Shown here in pieces: positions 54,375-64,000 of a stretch of DNA of 64,000 nucleotides (within the stretch, counting starts at the first letter, position 1; each line of letters opens with the position of its first letter). The stretch spans positions 12,805 through 76,804 of the forward strand of contig DATGID010000131.1 of the NCBI GenBank assembly GCA_035307385.1, read 5' to 3'. This stretch comes from Ktedonobacterales bacterium (lineage in GTDB: Bacteria; Chloroflexota; Ktedonobacteria; Ktedonobacterales; DATBGS01). The notes beneath the pieces are model-generated. The model did not search any database. It was not told where the DNA came from and worked only from the letters and a program-made list of their open reading frames with translations. A program made the position numbers and the translations under genes.

Positions 54375-57023
54375 ATGGCGGAGTATCAGGGCCAGCAGCT
54401 TGGCTATTATCGCGTTCTACGCTTGTTGGGAGAAGGGGGCTTCGCGCAGGTTTTTCTGGGCGAGCACATCTTTCTGAAGACCCATGCGGCTATCAAAGTG
54501 CTGACAACGCACCTGGCACAAGAAGACATAGAAAGCTTCATACGCGAGGCCCAGACAATTGCGCGCTTGCGGCACCCCAACATTGTGCGGGTGCTGGATT
54601 TTGGCGTGCAGGATGGCAGACCTTTTCTGGTGATGGAGTATGCCCCTGATGGCACCTTGCTCCAGCACCATCCAAGAGGGACACGGCTCCCTTTAGAGGT
54701 GATTCTTCCGTATGTGCAGCAGGTGGCCGAGGCCCTTCAGTATGCGCACGAGGAGAAGCTGATACATCGGGACATCAAGCCAGAGAATATGTTAATTGGG
54801 CCTCGCGGTGAGATTCTGCTGACCGATTTTGGCATTGCCACAGTGGCGCAGAGCGCGCATTACCAGGGCCAACAGAATGTGGCTGGTACAGTGGCGTATA
54901 TGGCTCCAGAGCAGATTCAAGGGCAGCCTCGTCCGGCCAGCGACCTCTATTCGCTGGGCATCGTGGTCTATGAGTGGCTCAGTGGCGACCGCCCCTTTCA
55001 AGGCACGTTTACCGAAGTGGCGGCTCAGCACGCGGTGAAACCGCCTCCATCGCTCCGAGCCAAAGTGCCCACCCTCTCGCCAAAGGTCGAACGGGTCATC
55101 ATGACCGCGCTGGAGAAAGACCCAAAAGATCGTTTTATCAATGAGCAGGCGTTTGCTCGCGCCTTGCAGGAAGCTGCCCAACAGGAGGAGTTCGAGACGC
55201 GCCCGCAGTTCGACCCTCCTGACATATTCTCCTCTTCCCAGACGTTGCCCCCAGTGCCGCACAAGGCAGTTTTCTCCCCGCCTGCCAGAAGCCGCAATCG
55301 AATGCTGGCAGTAGTGAGTATCATCCTGGTCCAACTGGTCGTCCTGAGCGGCCTGGGTGCGGCGGGCTACTTCTTCTGGTTCAAATCCGGTGAAGGAACC
55401 AAAGCTGTCCCACCAATTGCCAAACCTTACCCCTACCACGTGCCGACCCATAAAGGCGGGACCATCGTGTACGGATCGCCCTATTCTATCCAAAGCACCA
55501 ATCCCTGGTTTGCTGGCTATACCGAGGATTTTGACCTGATCGATGCCCTGTGGGGCGCGCCGCTGGTCATTAGCCCCTCAGGAACGTATTTGCCCGACCA
55601 ATTAGCGGAGATTCCGACGCAAGCCAACGGTGACGTCAGCAAGGATGGCCTGATGGTCGCCCTGAAGCTCCGACAAGATTTGCGCTGGTCGGATGGGCAG
55701 CCGCTGACGGCAGATGATTTTGTTTATTGGCTGGAGGTCGCACAAGACCCGCGCACAGGTGTAACCTCCTCAAATGGCATTGATCAGATTGTCGGCTATC
55801 GAGAGCAAGACCCCTATACCCTGATCCTTACCTATAAGCATCCGTTCGCGCCGTATCTTGCCTATCTGCCCTTTGCAGCTCCCAGGCATGCCTGGAGAGG
55901 CGTTCCAGACAATGACCTGGCGAGCAGACAGGATATTACCCTCGCCCCGCGGGTAACGAGCGGACCATTCATGCTTTCAAGCTATACCGATGGAGATAGC
56001 ATCAACGGGCCACGCTTCGTGATGGTTCCTAATCCGTATTATGTCTCGACCACGCTGCACAACTCGGTGCTGGGCCAATTGATCTTCCAGAGCTACGCCG
56101 ATGTAGCCAGCGCCGCTGCGGCTTACCAGGACGGAGAAGTTGATCAGGTTGAGAACTTGCAACCCGGCGACCTTCCAGGGGTGGAGAACTTGCCAGGGGT
56201 GCAGATCAGCCCCACGATTGGGTATATGCATCTGGACTTCAATCTGACTACTCCGTCCCTGCAAGATGTTTATGTGCGCAAGGCCATTGAGGAATCCATT
56301 GACCGCTGCCAGCTTATCCAGACCATTCTTACCCAGCCCTGCGACCGCTTGCGCGCGGATACTATTCTGCCCAAGCCTTCCCCTGATTTTGACCCGACCA
56401 ACAAGACCTATAACTTTGATCTGGCTCAGGCGCAGGAGGATATGCAAACCGCTGGTTGGGACTGCTCCGAGGCATTCTGTACCCAAAATGGTAAGCAGTT
56501 CCCTACCCTGAATCTTATCACCTATATGGGCGCTCCATACGATGCAATCGCCCGGCTATTGAAACAAGACCTGGCGGCGCTGGGGCTGTCGGTCAGCCTC
56601 CATCAGTTTGATAGCCAGACGATGTTCGCTGACTTTACGCACGATGGGGTGTTAGCAACCGGCGCATACGACCTGGCGGTCTATGGTTACAATTTCACCC
56701 TGGACTCAGACGTAAACCTCTATCCCAGCTTTCACAGCTCGGAGATTCCGAGTGTCGAGAATCCAACGGGGCAGAATTACGAGCGAGTGAATGATATCGG
56801 GGTTGATGAATTGCTCGATGAGGGACGCACCACGCTAGATAGCGCGAGGCGTTCGCAGATATATAAAGGTGTCCAGCGTATTCTCGTGCAAAAAGTCTAT
56901 GTTATCCCACTCTATCTGGAGCCGAATATTGCCCTCATCAGCGCGGTCATTGGAAACTACTTTACCAATCCAACCATTCTGGGAAATGCCTGGAATATTG
57001 GCGATTGGTACCGCATAACATAG
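54375..57023 (+). CDS. transmembrane Ser/Thr protein kinase with extracellular family-5 solute-binding (OppA/MppA/DppA-like) domain
   Basis: ATG 4 nt after GGGAG. Kinase motifs GEGGFAQVF, HRDIKPENM, DFGIA, APEQ. One TM helix (MLAVVSIILVQLVVLSGLGAAGYFFWF), then a domain of about 550 aa with SBP_bac_5-like features (FDLIDALWGAPL, DGQPLTADDFVYW). Confidence 0.8.
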   Translation: MAEYQGQQLGYYRVLRLLGEGGFAQVFLGEHIFLKTHAAIKVLTTHLAQEDIESFIREAQTIARLRHPNIVRVLDFGVQDGRPFLVMEYAPDGTLLQHHPRGTRLPLEVILPYVQQVAEALQYAHEEKLIHRDIKPENMLIGPRGEILLTDFGIATVAQSAHYQGQQNVAGTVAYMAPEQIQGQPRPASDLYSLGIVVYEWLSGDRPFQGTFTEVAAQHAVKPPPSLRAKVPTLSPKVERVIMTALEKDPKDRFINEQAFARALQEAAQQEEFETRPQFDPPDIFSSSQTLPPVPHKAVFSPPARSRNRMLAVVSIILVQLVVLSGLGAAGYFFWFKSGEGTKAVPPIAKPYPYHVPTHKGGTIVYGSPYSIQSTNPWFAGYTEDFDLIDALWGAPLVISPSGTYLPDQLAEIPTQANGDVSKDGLMVALKLRQDLRWSDGQPLTADDFVYWLEVAQDPRTGVTSSNGIDQIVGYREQDPYTLILTYKHPFAPYLAYLPFAAPRHAWRGVPDNDLASRQDITLAPRVTSGPFMLSSYTDGDSINGPRFVMVPNPYYVSTTLHNSVLGQLIFQSYADVASAAAAYQDGEVDQVENLQPGDLPGVENLPGVQISPTIGYMHLDFNLTTPSLQDVYVRKAIEESIDRCQLIQTILTQPCDRLRADTILPKPSPDFDPTNKTYNFDLAQAQEDMQTAGWDCSEAFCTQNGKQFPTLNLITYMGAPYDAIARLLKQDLAALGLSVSLHQFDSQTMFADFTHDGVLATGAYDLAVYGYNFTLDSDVNLYPSFHSSEIPSVENPTGQNYERVNDIGVDELLDEGRTTLDSARRSQIYKGVQRILVQKVYVIPLYLEPNIALISAVIGNYFTNPTILGNAWNIGDWYRIT

Positions 57024-57184
57024 TTCAGATCAGCGTCGCGCAGGTTGGCGTTGCGCAGATCGAGATGCATTGCTCGGTCTCATCTATGCGGAACCGACTC
57101 GGTTCCGCTCTGGACACCATGTCACCTGCTTTGTATACTACTGACGAATTATTTCTTCTATGGAAGATGAGGCGCTTGTTCTGT

Positions 57185-58441
57185 ATGGCAAAACAATCAT
57201 CTATTTCTCTCACAAGTCAACTGGATAATACTACTGAGCCTGCGCAGTTACAGATTCTCGGGGCCGATCAGCGCGTGCTCTGGGATACGTTTGTGTCGGC
57301 TGCCCCATATGGACATATCCTTCAATCCTGGGGCTGGGGCGAATTGAAAGCCGCCTTTGGCTGGCGTGCCTTGCGTGTGGTTCTTTGGGATGATGACCAC
57401 CGGCGCATCCTGGCAGGCGCACAGGTACTCTTCCGCGCTCTTCCCTTCACTCCTCTTTCTATTGCCTATCTTCCAAAGGGGCCGGTGCTGGATTGGTCGA
57501 ATCCCGCGCTTTGTCAGCGCTTTTTTCGCCTACTTCACCCGCTGTTGCGCGCCCGGCATGTAGCTCTGCTGCGTATCGACCCCGATCTTCCCGAGAGCAT
57601 CAGCGTGCCTGCCGCTGAAGACGCCGAGGAAGGCGAACCTGCTTCGGGCAATGCCAGCGATGCGGCATCGGTTGAGGCCAGTTTCGGCGGTCTGTACAGC
57701 GTTGCTGAAGGCGAACTGGTCGCCCAACAATTACGCTCGCTTGGGTTTCGGGCAGTAGAGGATAGCATCCAACCTCGTCGCACCATTGCAATCGATTTGA
57801 CGCCTGATGAACGCACCATTGCCCTGCGTCAGAAACCAAAGTGGCGCTATAATGCAGGATTGGCGGTGCGCAAGGGCGTCACCGTTCGTGTAGCCTCCAG
57901 CCAGGATGATGTGCAGCGTTGGTATGAGCTTATGCGAATCACCAGTCAGCGAGATGCCTTTGCCGTTCACACGCTGGATTATTATTTCTATGCCTGGAAG
58001 GTCTTCGGCGAAGCCAACCAGGCCAGATTGCTGCTGGCTGAGCATGAGGGCAAGCTGCTGGCAGGTATTTTCGTTAGCCTGTTGGGGCGCGAAGGCATCT
58101 ATCTTTATGGCGCTTCGGGAAATGAAGGGCGGCATTTGATGCCCAATCATTTGCTGCAATGGGAGGCTATGCGCTGGGCCAAAGCGCAGGGGGCAACACT
58201 CTATGATCTGTGGGGCGTTGCTGAGACCGAAGACCCAAACGATCCGATGGCGGGCGTCTACCGCTTCAAGCGTGGCTGGGGCGGCAAGATGATTCGCTAT
58301 ATTGGTTCGTTTGATTATGTGTATTCGCCGCTCGCCTATCGTGGCATCACCTGGGCGCGCGATCTGCTTAAGCAGGTTGCTGCGGTGCGCGCCCGCCGCC
58401 AGAAGGAAACCGGTGAGGTTGCCCACGCAGATAAGCGTTGA
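57185..58441 (+). CDS. FemAB-family peptidoglycan peptide-bridge aminoacyltransferase (FemX-like)
   Basis: ILQSWGWGELK, KPKWRYNAGLAVRKGV, YLYGASG, RFKRGWGG, typical of the FemAB family. Alternative ATG at 57167. Confidence 0.75.
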   Translation: MAKQSSISLTSQLDNTTEPAQLQILGADQRVLWDTFVSAAPYGHILQSWGWGELKAAFGWRALRVVLWDDDHRRILAGAQVLFRALPFTPLSIAYLPKGPVLDWSNPALCQRFFRLLHPLLRARHVALLRIDPDLPESISVPAAEDAEEGEPASGNASDAASVEASFGGLYSVAEGELVAQQLRSLGFRAVEDSIQPRRTIAIDLTPDERTIALRQKPKWRYNAGLAVRKGVTVRVASSQDDVQRWYELMRITSQRDAFAVHTLDYYFYAWKVFGEANQARLLLAEHEGKLLAGIFVSLLGREGIYLYGASGNEGRHLMPNHLLQWEAMRWAKAQGATLYDLWGVAETEDPNDPMAGVYRFKRGWGGKMIRYIGSFDYVYSPLAYRGITWARDLLKQVAAVRARRQKETGEVAHADKR

Positions 58442-58470
58442 GGAGGCATCCTTCAATTGTGCTATGTCCA

Positions 58471-58504
58471 TGCGTCCCTGGAAGCTCGCTTCCAGGGACG
58501 CATC
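58471..58504. terminator. perfect 15-bp hairpin between convergent genes
   Basis: ATGCGTCCCTGGAAG (58471-58485), loop CTCG, CTTCCAGGGACGCAT (58490-58504). Lies between the stops at 58441 (+) and 58513 (-). Confidence 0.5.
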
Positions 58505-58512
58505 GTCTGCGG

Positions 58513-60012
58513 CTAGACGTGGGCTTTGCGCCAGCGCCCGCTGCGGAAACGCCACCAGGAGAGTGTTGCCTGCATCCAGAAATCGGCGGCCATTGCCAAC
58601 CGCGCCCCAGGCAGACCCAGCCAGGGAATAAGCACCAGGGCTATGGGCATACGCAAGCCCCAGGTGCCAGCCGCCCGCACCAGGACCGGAAATTTGGTGT
58701 CGCCCGCGCCACGCAGGGAGCCGTTGAAGATAAAGCTGATTGCCAGCGCTGGCAATGTCAGCAGGGAGAATCGCAGGGCTGGGGTTCCAGCCTGAACAAC
58801 GCTGTTATCGGCCACAAAGAGGCTTAGCAGGAATTGCGGCAGCAGCAGCGCGCAGATGCCCATGCCGAGCATGAAGATGAAGCAGGGCCGCAGCGCTGCC
58901 CAGGCCGAGCGCTTTGCCAATTCAGGGTCTTGCGCCCCCAACGCCTGGCCGACCAGCGTCGTCGCGGCGACGGCAAATCCCAGCCCTGGCAGATTGCCAA
59001 TGCTCTCGATGGTATTGATGGTCAAGTTGGCCGCATAGGTGGCGTCGCCTAGCCCGACGACAAAGCGGCTGAAGGCCACCACCCCGAACTGAAGCACAAA
59101 CAACTCGGCGGCTGAAGGCAGTCCCACCCGTAAGACGCGCCACATCACCGCGCGATCAGGCTTGAACGCGCCAAACGTCAGCCTGGGGCTGACCGGATGT
59201 TGGCGGCTCAGGAAGAAGAGCGCCAGGCCAGCACCCATCGTCCAACCTGCCGCCGCGCCACAGGCGGAGCCAATGACGCCCAGCGCGGGAATGCCCAGGG
59301 CAGGAATGCCATTCATCAAGAGCCAGGACGCCGCGATGTTGGTTCCATTCACCAGCAACATGACCACCAAGGGGCGGCGCGTATCGCCTGCCCCGCGCAT
59401 CGCCGCATTGGCCGAATAGGTGATGCCTACGGCGGGCAGCGCCAGCGAGAAGATGCGCAGGAACGCCGCCGCCAGATCGGCCACGTTGCCCTGCACGCCC
59501 ATGACATCGGTGATCGCGTGGACCATGGGCTGCGCCAGCGCTGTCAGCAGGATGCCCGCCAGCAGCCCCAGGATGATGCCTTGCCCGGTCCCTTTTTGGC
59601 TGAGCGCCTGATCTTTGGCCCCAACCGCACGCGCGACCAGGGCCGTTGCGCCCACGCCCACGGCAAAGAAGAGGGTCAAGACGACCCAGACGGTGGTCGT
59701 GCCGACCCCCACGGCGGCTACCGCGTCAGCGCGGCCATAGCCGACCTGGGCAATGGCTTGCGCGCTTAAATGGCCGGTCAGAAAGGTGTCCGAAAGACCA
59801 ACAAATAACGCTAATAATTGCTCGCCGATGGCTGGCACTGCCAGTGTCCAGACCCGCCTGCCCAACTGCGCCCGCTCACTTGCTGCCTTTTGGGGGACGG
59901 CAACAGGCTTCAGAGGCGGAACGCCAGTGTCTCGCCGGGTCAGGCTGGTTGGGGGTTTCGTGGTCACCAGCCCCGCGCTTCCAAGGGAACGCGCTGAAAC
60001 GAAGGGGCGCAT
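58513..60012 (-). CDS. MATE-family efflux transporter
   Basis: 12-TM pattern, RRVWTLAVPAIGEQLL start region and an internal duplication. Start uncertain (the ORF opens at 60147; ATG 60012 chosen). Confidence 0.8.
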   Translation of the reverse strand: MRPFVSARSLGSAGLVTTKPPTSLTRRDTGVPPLKPVAVPQKAASERAQLGRRVWTLAVPAIGEQLLALFVGLSDTFLTGHLSAQAIAQVGYGRADAVAAVGVGTTTVWVVLTLFFAVGVGATALVARAVGAKDQALSQKGTGQGIILGLLAGILLTALAQPMVHAITDVMGVQGNVADLAAAFLRIFSLALPAVGITYSANAAMRGAGDTRRPLVVMLLVNGTNIAASWLLMNGIPALGIPALGVIGSACGAAAGWTMGAGLALFFLSRQHPVSPRLTFGAFKPDRAVMWRVLRVGLPSAAELFVLQFGVVAFSRFVVGLGDATYAANLTINTIESIGNLPGLGFAVAATTLVGQALGAQDPELAKRSAWAALRPCFIFMLGMGICALLLPQFLLSLFVADNSVVQAGTPALRFSLLTLPALAISFIFNGSLRGAGDTKFPVLVRAAGTWGLRMPIALVLIPWLGLPGARLAMAADFWMQATLSWWRFRSGRWRKAHV

Positions 60013-60286
60013 CAGGAACGATGCCGACAAAAAATGGCGCGTCATTATACGCGCCTGGGAAAACCGATTGCTAAACATGCCACGCCTCAACCATCCAAAT
60101 GATTTTTTTGCGCCAGAGGGCTTCCTTGGCCCGTCCGGGGTGCGCACTGTGCCTGACGAAAAGGTCAGGCGTTTGACTTACTATGTACGCTTCTTTCTAT
60201 AGAGACGAGGGCAGCGGTGTGACGGTAACGTAAAAGTTCTCCACTTGACAGCCGTTCGCCAGATTCCTACAATGGGCGGCATCAAC

Positions 60287-62035
60287 ATGCTTGCTGCTGC
60301 ATCGACTGCGCAGCGGAGAGGGAGGTTTCGAGTGCACAGGGACGTTGCCGCTGGCCGACTACACTTCCGGAATCTGTGGGTAGCCGCTTATCTGCTGCTG
60401 GCGTTGGGATTGCTGTCAGGCTGCGCCGGGACAGGAGGGCAAAAGGTGAGTCCTGGTCCGGTTCCCACGGACCAGATACCGATGCCAACGCTTCCGCCAG
60501 GCGTTCCCACGACGCTGCACGTTCCCGATGAGTATGCGACGATTCAGGCGGCGGTTGATGCGGCGCAGCCCGGGCAAATGATTCTGGTTGCCCCAGGGGT
60601 GTATCATGAGGCGGTACGTGTCAAGACAGCGGGGATCACCATTCGTGGGCAGGACCGCAACCGCGTGATTCTGGATGGCAATTTCCAGCTTTCCAACGGG
60701 ATTGAGATCGAGGCCAATGATGTGGTCGTTGAGAATATGACAGCCCGCGACTATGAAGGCAACGGCTTTTATTGGGCTGGCGGCGAAGACCCCAACCAGC
60801 CGCGCTCTGGCTTTCGTGGGAGCTATTTGACCGCGTATACCAACGGCGATTATGGCATCTACGCCTATAATTTCCAGAATGGCGAGTTTGATCACAGTTA
60901 CGCGGCAGGCAGTCCTGATTCCGGCTTTTATATCGGCCAGTGTTATCCATGCAACGCAGTCGTCGATGATGTGACTTCGGAGTGGAACGCGCTGGGTTAT
61001 TCGGGGACGAATGCAGGCGGCAACCTGATTATTCGCGATTCGACCTGGCACGACAATTTGACCGGCATTTTACCCAACACACTGGATTCAGAGGGCAACC
61101 CTCCCGAACATCAGTCGGTCATCATCAACAACACGGTCTATGACAACAATAATGCCGAAGCGCCTACCAAGCCGCTGGAATATCCGCTGATCGGCACGGG
61201 CATTGGTGTGCCGGGCGGTGATGGAAATGTGGTCATCGACAACCACGTTCGCGATCAGAGCAACTATGGCATCATCGTGATCGGCAATGTGGATACCCAT
61301 TTCTGGATTCCCTCGGATAATCGCATTATCGGCAATGTCGTCACGAACTCTGGCGTTGCCGACTTGGTGCTGGCCGCGCCCATCGGCCCAGGCAATTGCT
61401 TTTCTGACAACACGGCTGCCAGCACACTGCCCGCGCTGATCGAGCAGAAATATCCCTGCGATACGCCGCTGCCCAACCTGGAAGGCGGCGACCCCAGCGT
61501 GACCCCGGTTGTGGTGGCGCGGCTGCTTTACGCCAACAGCGACAGCTTTCACCCGCGCCAGTGGCAAACGCTCCCGGTGACGGCGATTCCGGCCTCGCGA
61601 AACCAGCCGCAAATGCCCGATGTCGCCGGTCCCGCGCTTCCGATCTTCCCGGACCTGAGCCTCTTCACTCTTCCGGCAGCGGCCCAGGCCCCCAGCATCG
61701 ATAGTTCGGCCATCCTGCCGCTTTCCATAGGAGGTGCTTCGTTGGTTCAGTTTTTGCTTGGCCTCTACGCCGAGTTGCTGCCGGTGGCAATTTATGCTGC
61801 CTGGCTTTCGCTGGGTTTCTGGGATTTGGCGCGCAATCAGAAGCTGTCGAATGCTGCGCGGCTGATCTGGATGGTGGTGCTGGTCGTCATTCCCATTCTG
61901 GGGCCAATTGCCTACTACTTCTTTGGCCGCTCCGAACTGTCGCGTTCGTTCCGCGTAATGTTTGTGATCGGTGCGCCGCTGCTCTATCTGATTATCACCG
62001 GTTTGCTCGTCTGGATCGCTTCTTTGACAGCTTGA
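60287..62035 (+). CDS. lipoprotein with right-handed parallel beta-helix (NosD-like) domain and C-terminal PLD-N-like two-helix membrane module
   Basis: Lipobox LLSGC. Repeated beta-helix turns (GI.I....V.I.NN). C-terminal WMVVLVVIPILGPIAYYFFGR motif. Start uncertain (60245/60272/60287). Confidence 0.7.
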   Translation: MLAAASTAQRRGRFRVHRDVAAGRLHFRNLWVAAYLLLALGLLSGCAGTGGQKVSPGPVPTDQIPMPTLPPGVPTTLHVPDEYATIQAAVDAAQPGQMILVAPGVYHEAVRVKTAGITIRGQDRNRVILDGNFQLSNGIEIEANDVVVENMTARDYEGNGFYWAGGEDPNQPRSGFRGSYLTAYTNGDYGIYAYNFQNGEFDHSYAAGSPDSGFYIGQCYPCNAVVDDVTSEWNALGYSGTNAGGNLIIRDSTWHDNLTGILPNTLDSEGNPPEHQSVIINNTVYDNNNAEAPTKPLEYPLIGTGIGVPGGDGNVVIDNHVRDQSNYGIIVIGNVDTHFWIPSDNRIIGNVVTNSGVADLVLAAPIGPGNCFSDNTAASTLPALIEQKYPCDTPLPNLEGGDPSVTPVVVARLLYANSDSFHPRQWQTLPVTAIPASRNQPQMPDVAGPALPIFPDLSLFTLPAAAQAPSIDSSAILPLSIGGASLVQFLLGLYAELLPVAIYAAWLSLGFWDLARNQKLSNAARLIWMVVLVVIPILGPIAYYFFGRSELSRSFRVMFVIGAPLLYLIITGLLVWIASLTA

Positions 62036-62081
62036 TGGTCGACCCCTGAGAGGGCGAGACGGCTTTGAAGGCAAGACGATC

Positions 62082-63923
62082 TCACCAGTCGAACTGGCGA
62101 ATAAAGAACTGCTGGCTGTAGTGCAGGAGCAATGGGCTGCCGTGTGGACAAACCGCAGGGGCCGAAGTCTGGCGCAGGTTTGCGAGCAGTTCCCGCTGCT
62201 CGCCCAGGCTCAGCGCTGCCCCACGGCGCAGGGCGGCATGGCAGGCCACGGCTGCGCAGAAGCGATCTTGCCAATTTTCTTCCTCTTCGGCAGCCTCGGC
62301 GGCCAGCGCTGGCAGATGGGCGCTTAAACTTTCCCCACCTGCCAGCGCTGGCACTGAGCGCATGAGAAAGCTGTGCCCACCAAAGCGCTCGCAGGCAAAG
62401 CCCAGCGCGGCCAGCACCGGCAAACGCTCGCCCAGCACGGCTGCCTGATGGGTGGAAAGCTCGATGACGACCGGCTCCAACAAAAGTTGGCCGGACGCGC
62501 TTGCCAACGCCTCCTCTGCTGGATTCGTTTCATCCTCATGCCGTCCGATAAGGTTGCCTGGCCTCTCTTCATCGCTGATGGTCGCATAGTGCCGTTCCTG
62601 CTGGGGAGCGATAGGCTCAGGGTGGCCGATGAGCCGATGGCGCAGATGTTCGTACAGAATGCGTTCGTGCGCGCGGTGCTGATCGATCAGATATAGGCCG
62701 CCCTGCGCGTCTTCGGCCAGAATGAGCGTCTGGCGAATCTGCGCGAGCGGCGCCAGTTCAGCCAGGATGCCCGCGTCGGCAGGGGAAGCGCGTGTGTCAT
62801 AGTCCTGGCGCTGCTCTGCCAGCGGTAGGCCACGGCGTCGTCGCAGCAGCGGCAGCCGGTATTGATAGACGTTCCCCGGGCCAGGCAATGCCTCTTCTGG
62901 CGGTTGAAGCGCGCTCTGGCCCAGGACATCATGTACGGCGGCTTTGAGTGTCGTGCAGATTTCCTCTTCATGCAGCAGCTTGACCTCGGCCTTGGTCGGG
63001 TGGATATTGGCATCGATAGCTTCAGGCGGAACACGAACGCTGATGGCAGCCAGTGGATGGCGTCCCTTGGGCAGCACGGGACGATAGCCAAGTTCCAGCG
63101 CGGCCAGCAATGACTGTGATAGCACCCAGCGCCCGTTGACAAAGAGCATGAGATGTTGCTTGCCCGCCTGGCTGAGCGCGCGCGCGCCTATCACGCCGTC
63201 GATTTCAGCGCCAGCGATGTCAATGGGGCCAATCTTCAGCAGCGCGTCGGCAAGGGCCAAGTCGTAGGCTTCAGCAATAGCGCGCTCCATCTGGGTGCTC
63301 CCGCTGGTCTGGAATGCGGTATGACCGTCCAGCACCAGCCCCACTTTCAGGTGAGGATAGGCGATGGCATAGCGCCGCGCAAGCTGGGCCAACTGCGCCG
63401 TTTCTGTGCGCGCGCCTTTGAGGAAGTGCAGGCGCGCCGGGACGTTCTGAAACAAATCGCGAACGATGACCGTCGTTCCGCGCGAGCGGGCACGGCGGCC
63501 TCGCTCGATGACCTCACCTGCGCGCACCGTCACCTGCGTTGCCAGCCCACTGGCCTCAGCTTCGGTGATCATAGTGACTTCGGCAACGGCGGCGATGCTT
63601 GCCAGCGCTTCGCCGCGAAAGCCCAGGGAGCGCAGGTGACTCAAGTCTTCTACCGCGCGAATCTTGCTGGTGGCGTGGCGATGAAACGCCAGTTCCACCT
63701 CGTCGGCGGGAATGCCGCATCCATCGTCGCTGACGCGCACCAGGCGCAGCCCGCCGCCGCGTACCTCGATCTTGATTTCCCTGGCTCCGGCATCGATGGC
63801 GTTTTCCAACAATTCCTTGAGGACCGACATCGGGCGCTCGATGACTTCACCCGCCGCGATCTGTTCGGCCACTTCGGGCGGCAAGAGGACGATGGTTTGT
63901 CGGTCAAGAGGTGTGATCGTCAT
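62082..63923 (-). CDS. mutL: DNA mismatch repair protein MutL
   Basis: LPPEVAEQIAAGEVIERPMSVLKELLENAIDAGA GHKL ATPase start, and a C-terminal endonuclease-type domain. Confidence 0.95.
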   Translation of the reverse strand: MTITPLDRQTIVLLPPEVAEQIAAGEVIERPMSVLKELLENAIDAGAREIKIEVRGGGLRLVRVSDDGCGIPADEVELAFHRHATSKIRAVEDLSHLRSLGFRGEALASIAAVAEVTMITEAEASGLATQVTVRAGEVIERGRRARSRGTTVIVRDLFQNVPARLHFLKGARTETAQLAQLARRYAIAYPHLKVGLVLDGHTAFQTSGSTQMERAIAEAYDLALADALLKIGPIDIAGAEIDGVIGARALSQAGKQHLMLFVNGRWVLSQSLLAALELGYRPVLPKGRHPLAAISVRVPPEAIDANIHPTKAEVKLLHEEEICTTLKAAVHDVLGQSALQPPEEALPGPGNVYQYRLPLLRRRRGLPLAEQRQDYDTRASPADAGILAELAPLAQIRQTLILAEDAQGGLYLIDQHRAHERILYEHLRHRLIGHPEPIAPQQERHYATISDEERPGNLIGRHEDETNPAEEALASASGQLLLEPVVIELSTHQAAVLGERLPVLAALGFACERFGGHSFLMRSVPALAGGESLSAHLPALAAEAAEEEENWQDRFCAAVACHAALRRGAALSLGEQRELLANLRQTSAPAVCPHGSPLLLHYSQQFFIRQFDW

Positions 63924-64000
63924 GGCCTGTATTCCTGTACGCTGATAGAGGCGGTTGTTTCTCTGATGCTGATTGTGTACGATGGTTGCTTATCTGCGAT

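Noticed and set aside
1-64000. Search by eye for tRNA, rRNA, tmRNA, CRISPR arrays, integrases, tnpA, reverse transcriptases, toxin-antitoxin pairs and known defence-system signatures
   Set aside because: None was found. Intergenic regions are mostly under 250 nt, and no T-loop (GGTTCGAATCC-like) or direct-repeat/spacer pattern was seen. A tRNAscan-SE, Infernal or DefenseFinder run would be the proper confirmation.

Overview
Densely coding, GC-rich (by eye) chromosomal window with about 60 protein genes on both strands, most of them housekeeping. All product calls come from motif recognition in the supplied translations; no database search was run.

Recognisable core genes:
- lipA, trxA, purD, cca, moaC, def
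- the rpsF-ssb-rpsR operon
- hemW, psuG, rpiB, ftsY, accD, accA, mutL
- a type-A RNase P RNA (rnpB), which the ORF track covers with spurious ORFs

Gene content suggests a monoderm, filamentous Chloroflexota (Ktedonobacteria-like) genome. The pointers are two eukaryotic-like Ser/Thr kinases with WD40 or solute-binding sensor domains, a FemAB-type enzyme, several GT-C membrane glycosyltransferase-like proteins, and a TnpB element. This taxonomic guess is an inference only.

Non-core content worth a second look:
1. A tnpB-only IS200/IS605-type element (about 17209-18646) with matching subterminal hairpins and symmetric TCAA-N21 flanks.
2. An 84-nt perfect palindrome (34558-34641) and a 28-bp-stem hairpin (24817-24885). 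They belong to a wider pattern of perfect hairpins without U-tracts at gene junctions.
3. A small cassette of dimeric-dUTPase-like, HNH nuclease and 66-aa protein genes (35977-37083).
4. An ECF sigma factor paired with a membrane protein that fuses an anti-sigma-like N-terminus to an internal Tat-like motif and a Rieske 2Fe-2S domain (37424-38816).
5. A divergent sigma-like plus XRE-HTH pair (25609-27245).
6. A cell-wall module: lytic transglycosylase, Ser/Thr kinase with an extracellular family-5 solute-binding domain, and a FemX-like gene (53493-58441).
7. An orphan 51-aa Flp-type pilin gene missing from the ORF track (31002-31157).

I saw no CRISPR array, tRNA or rRNA. I cannot point to one system that is demonstrably novel; the candidates are ranked in the findings by how unusual they look.
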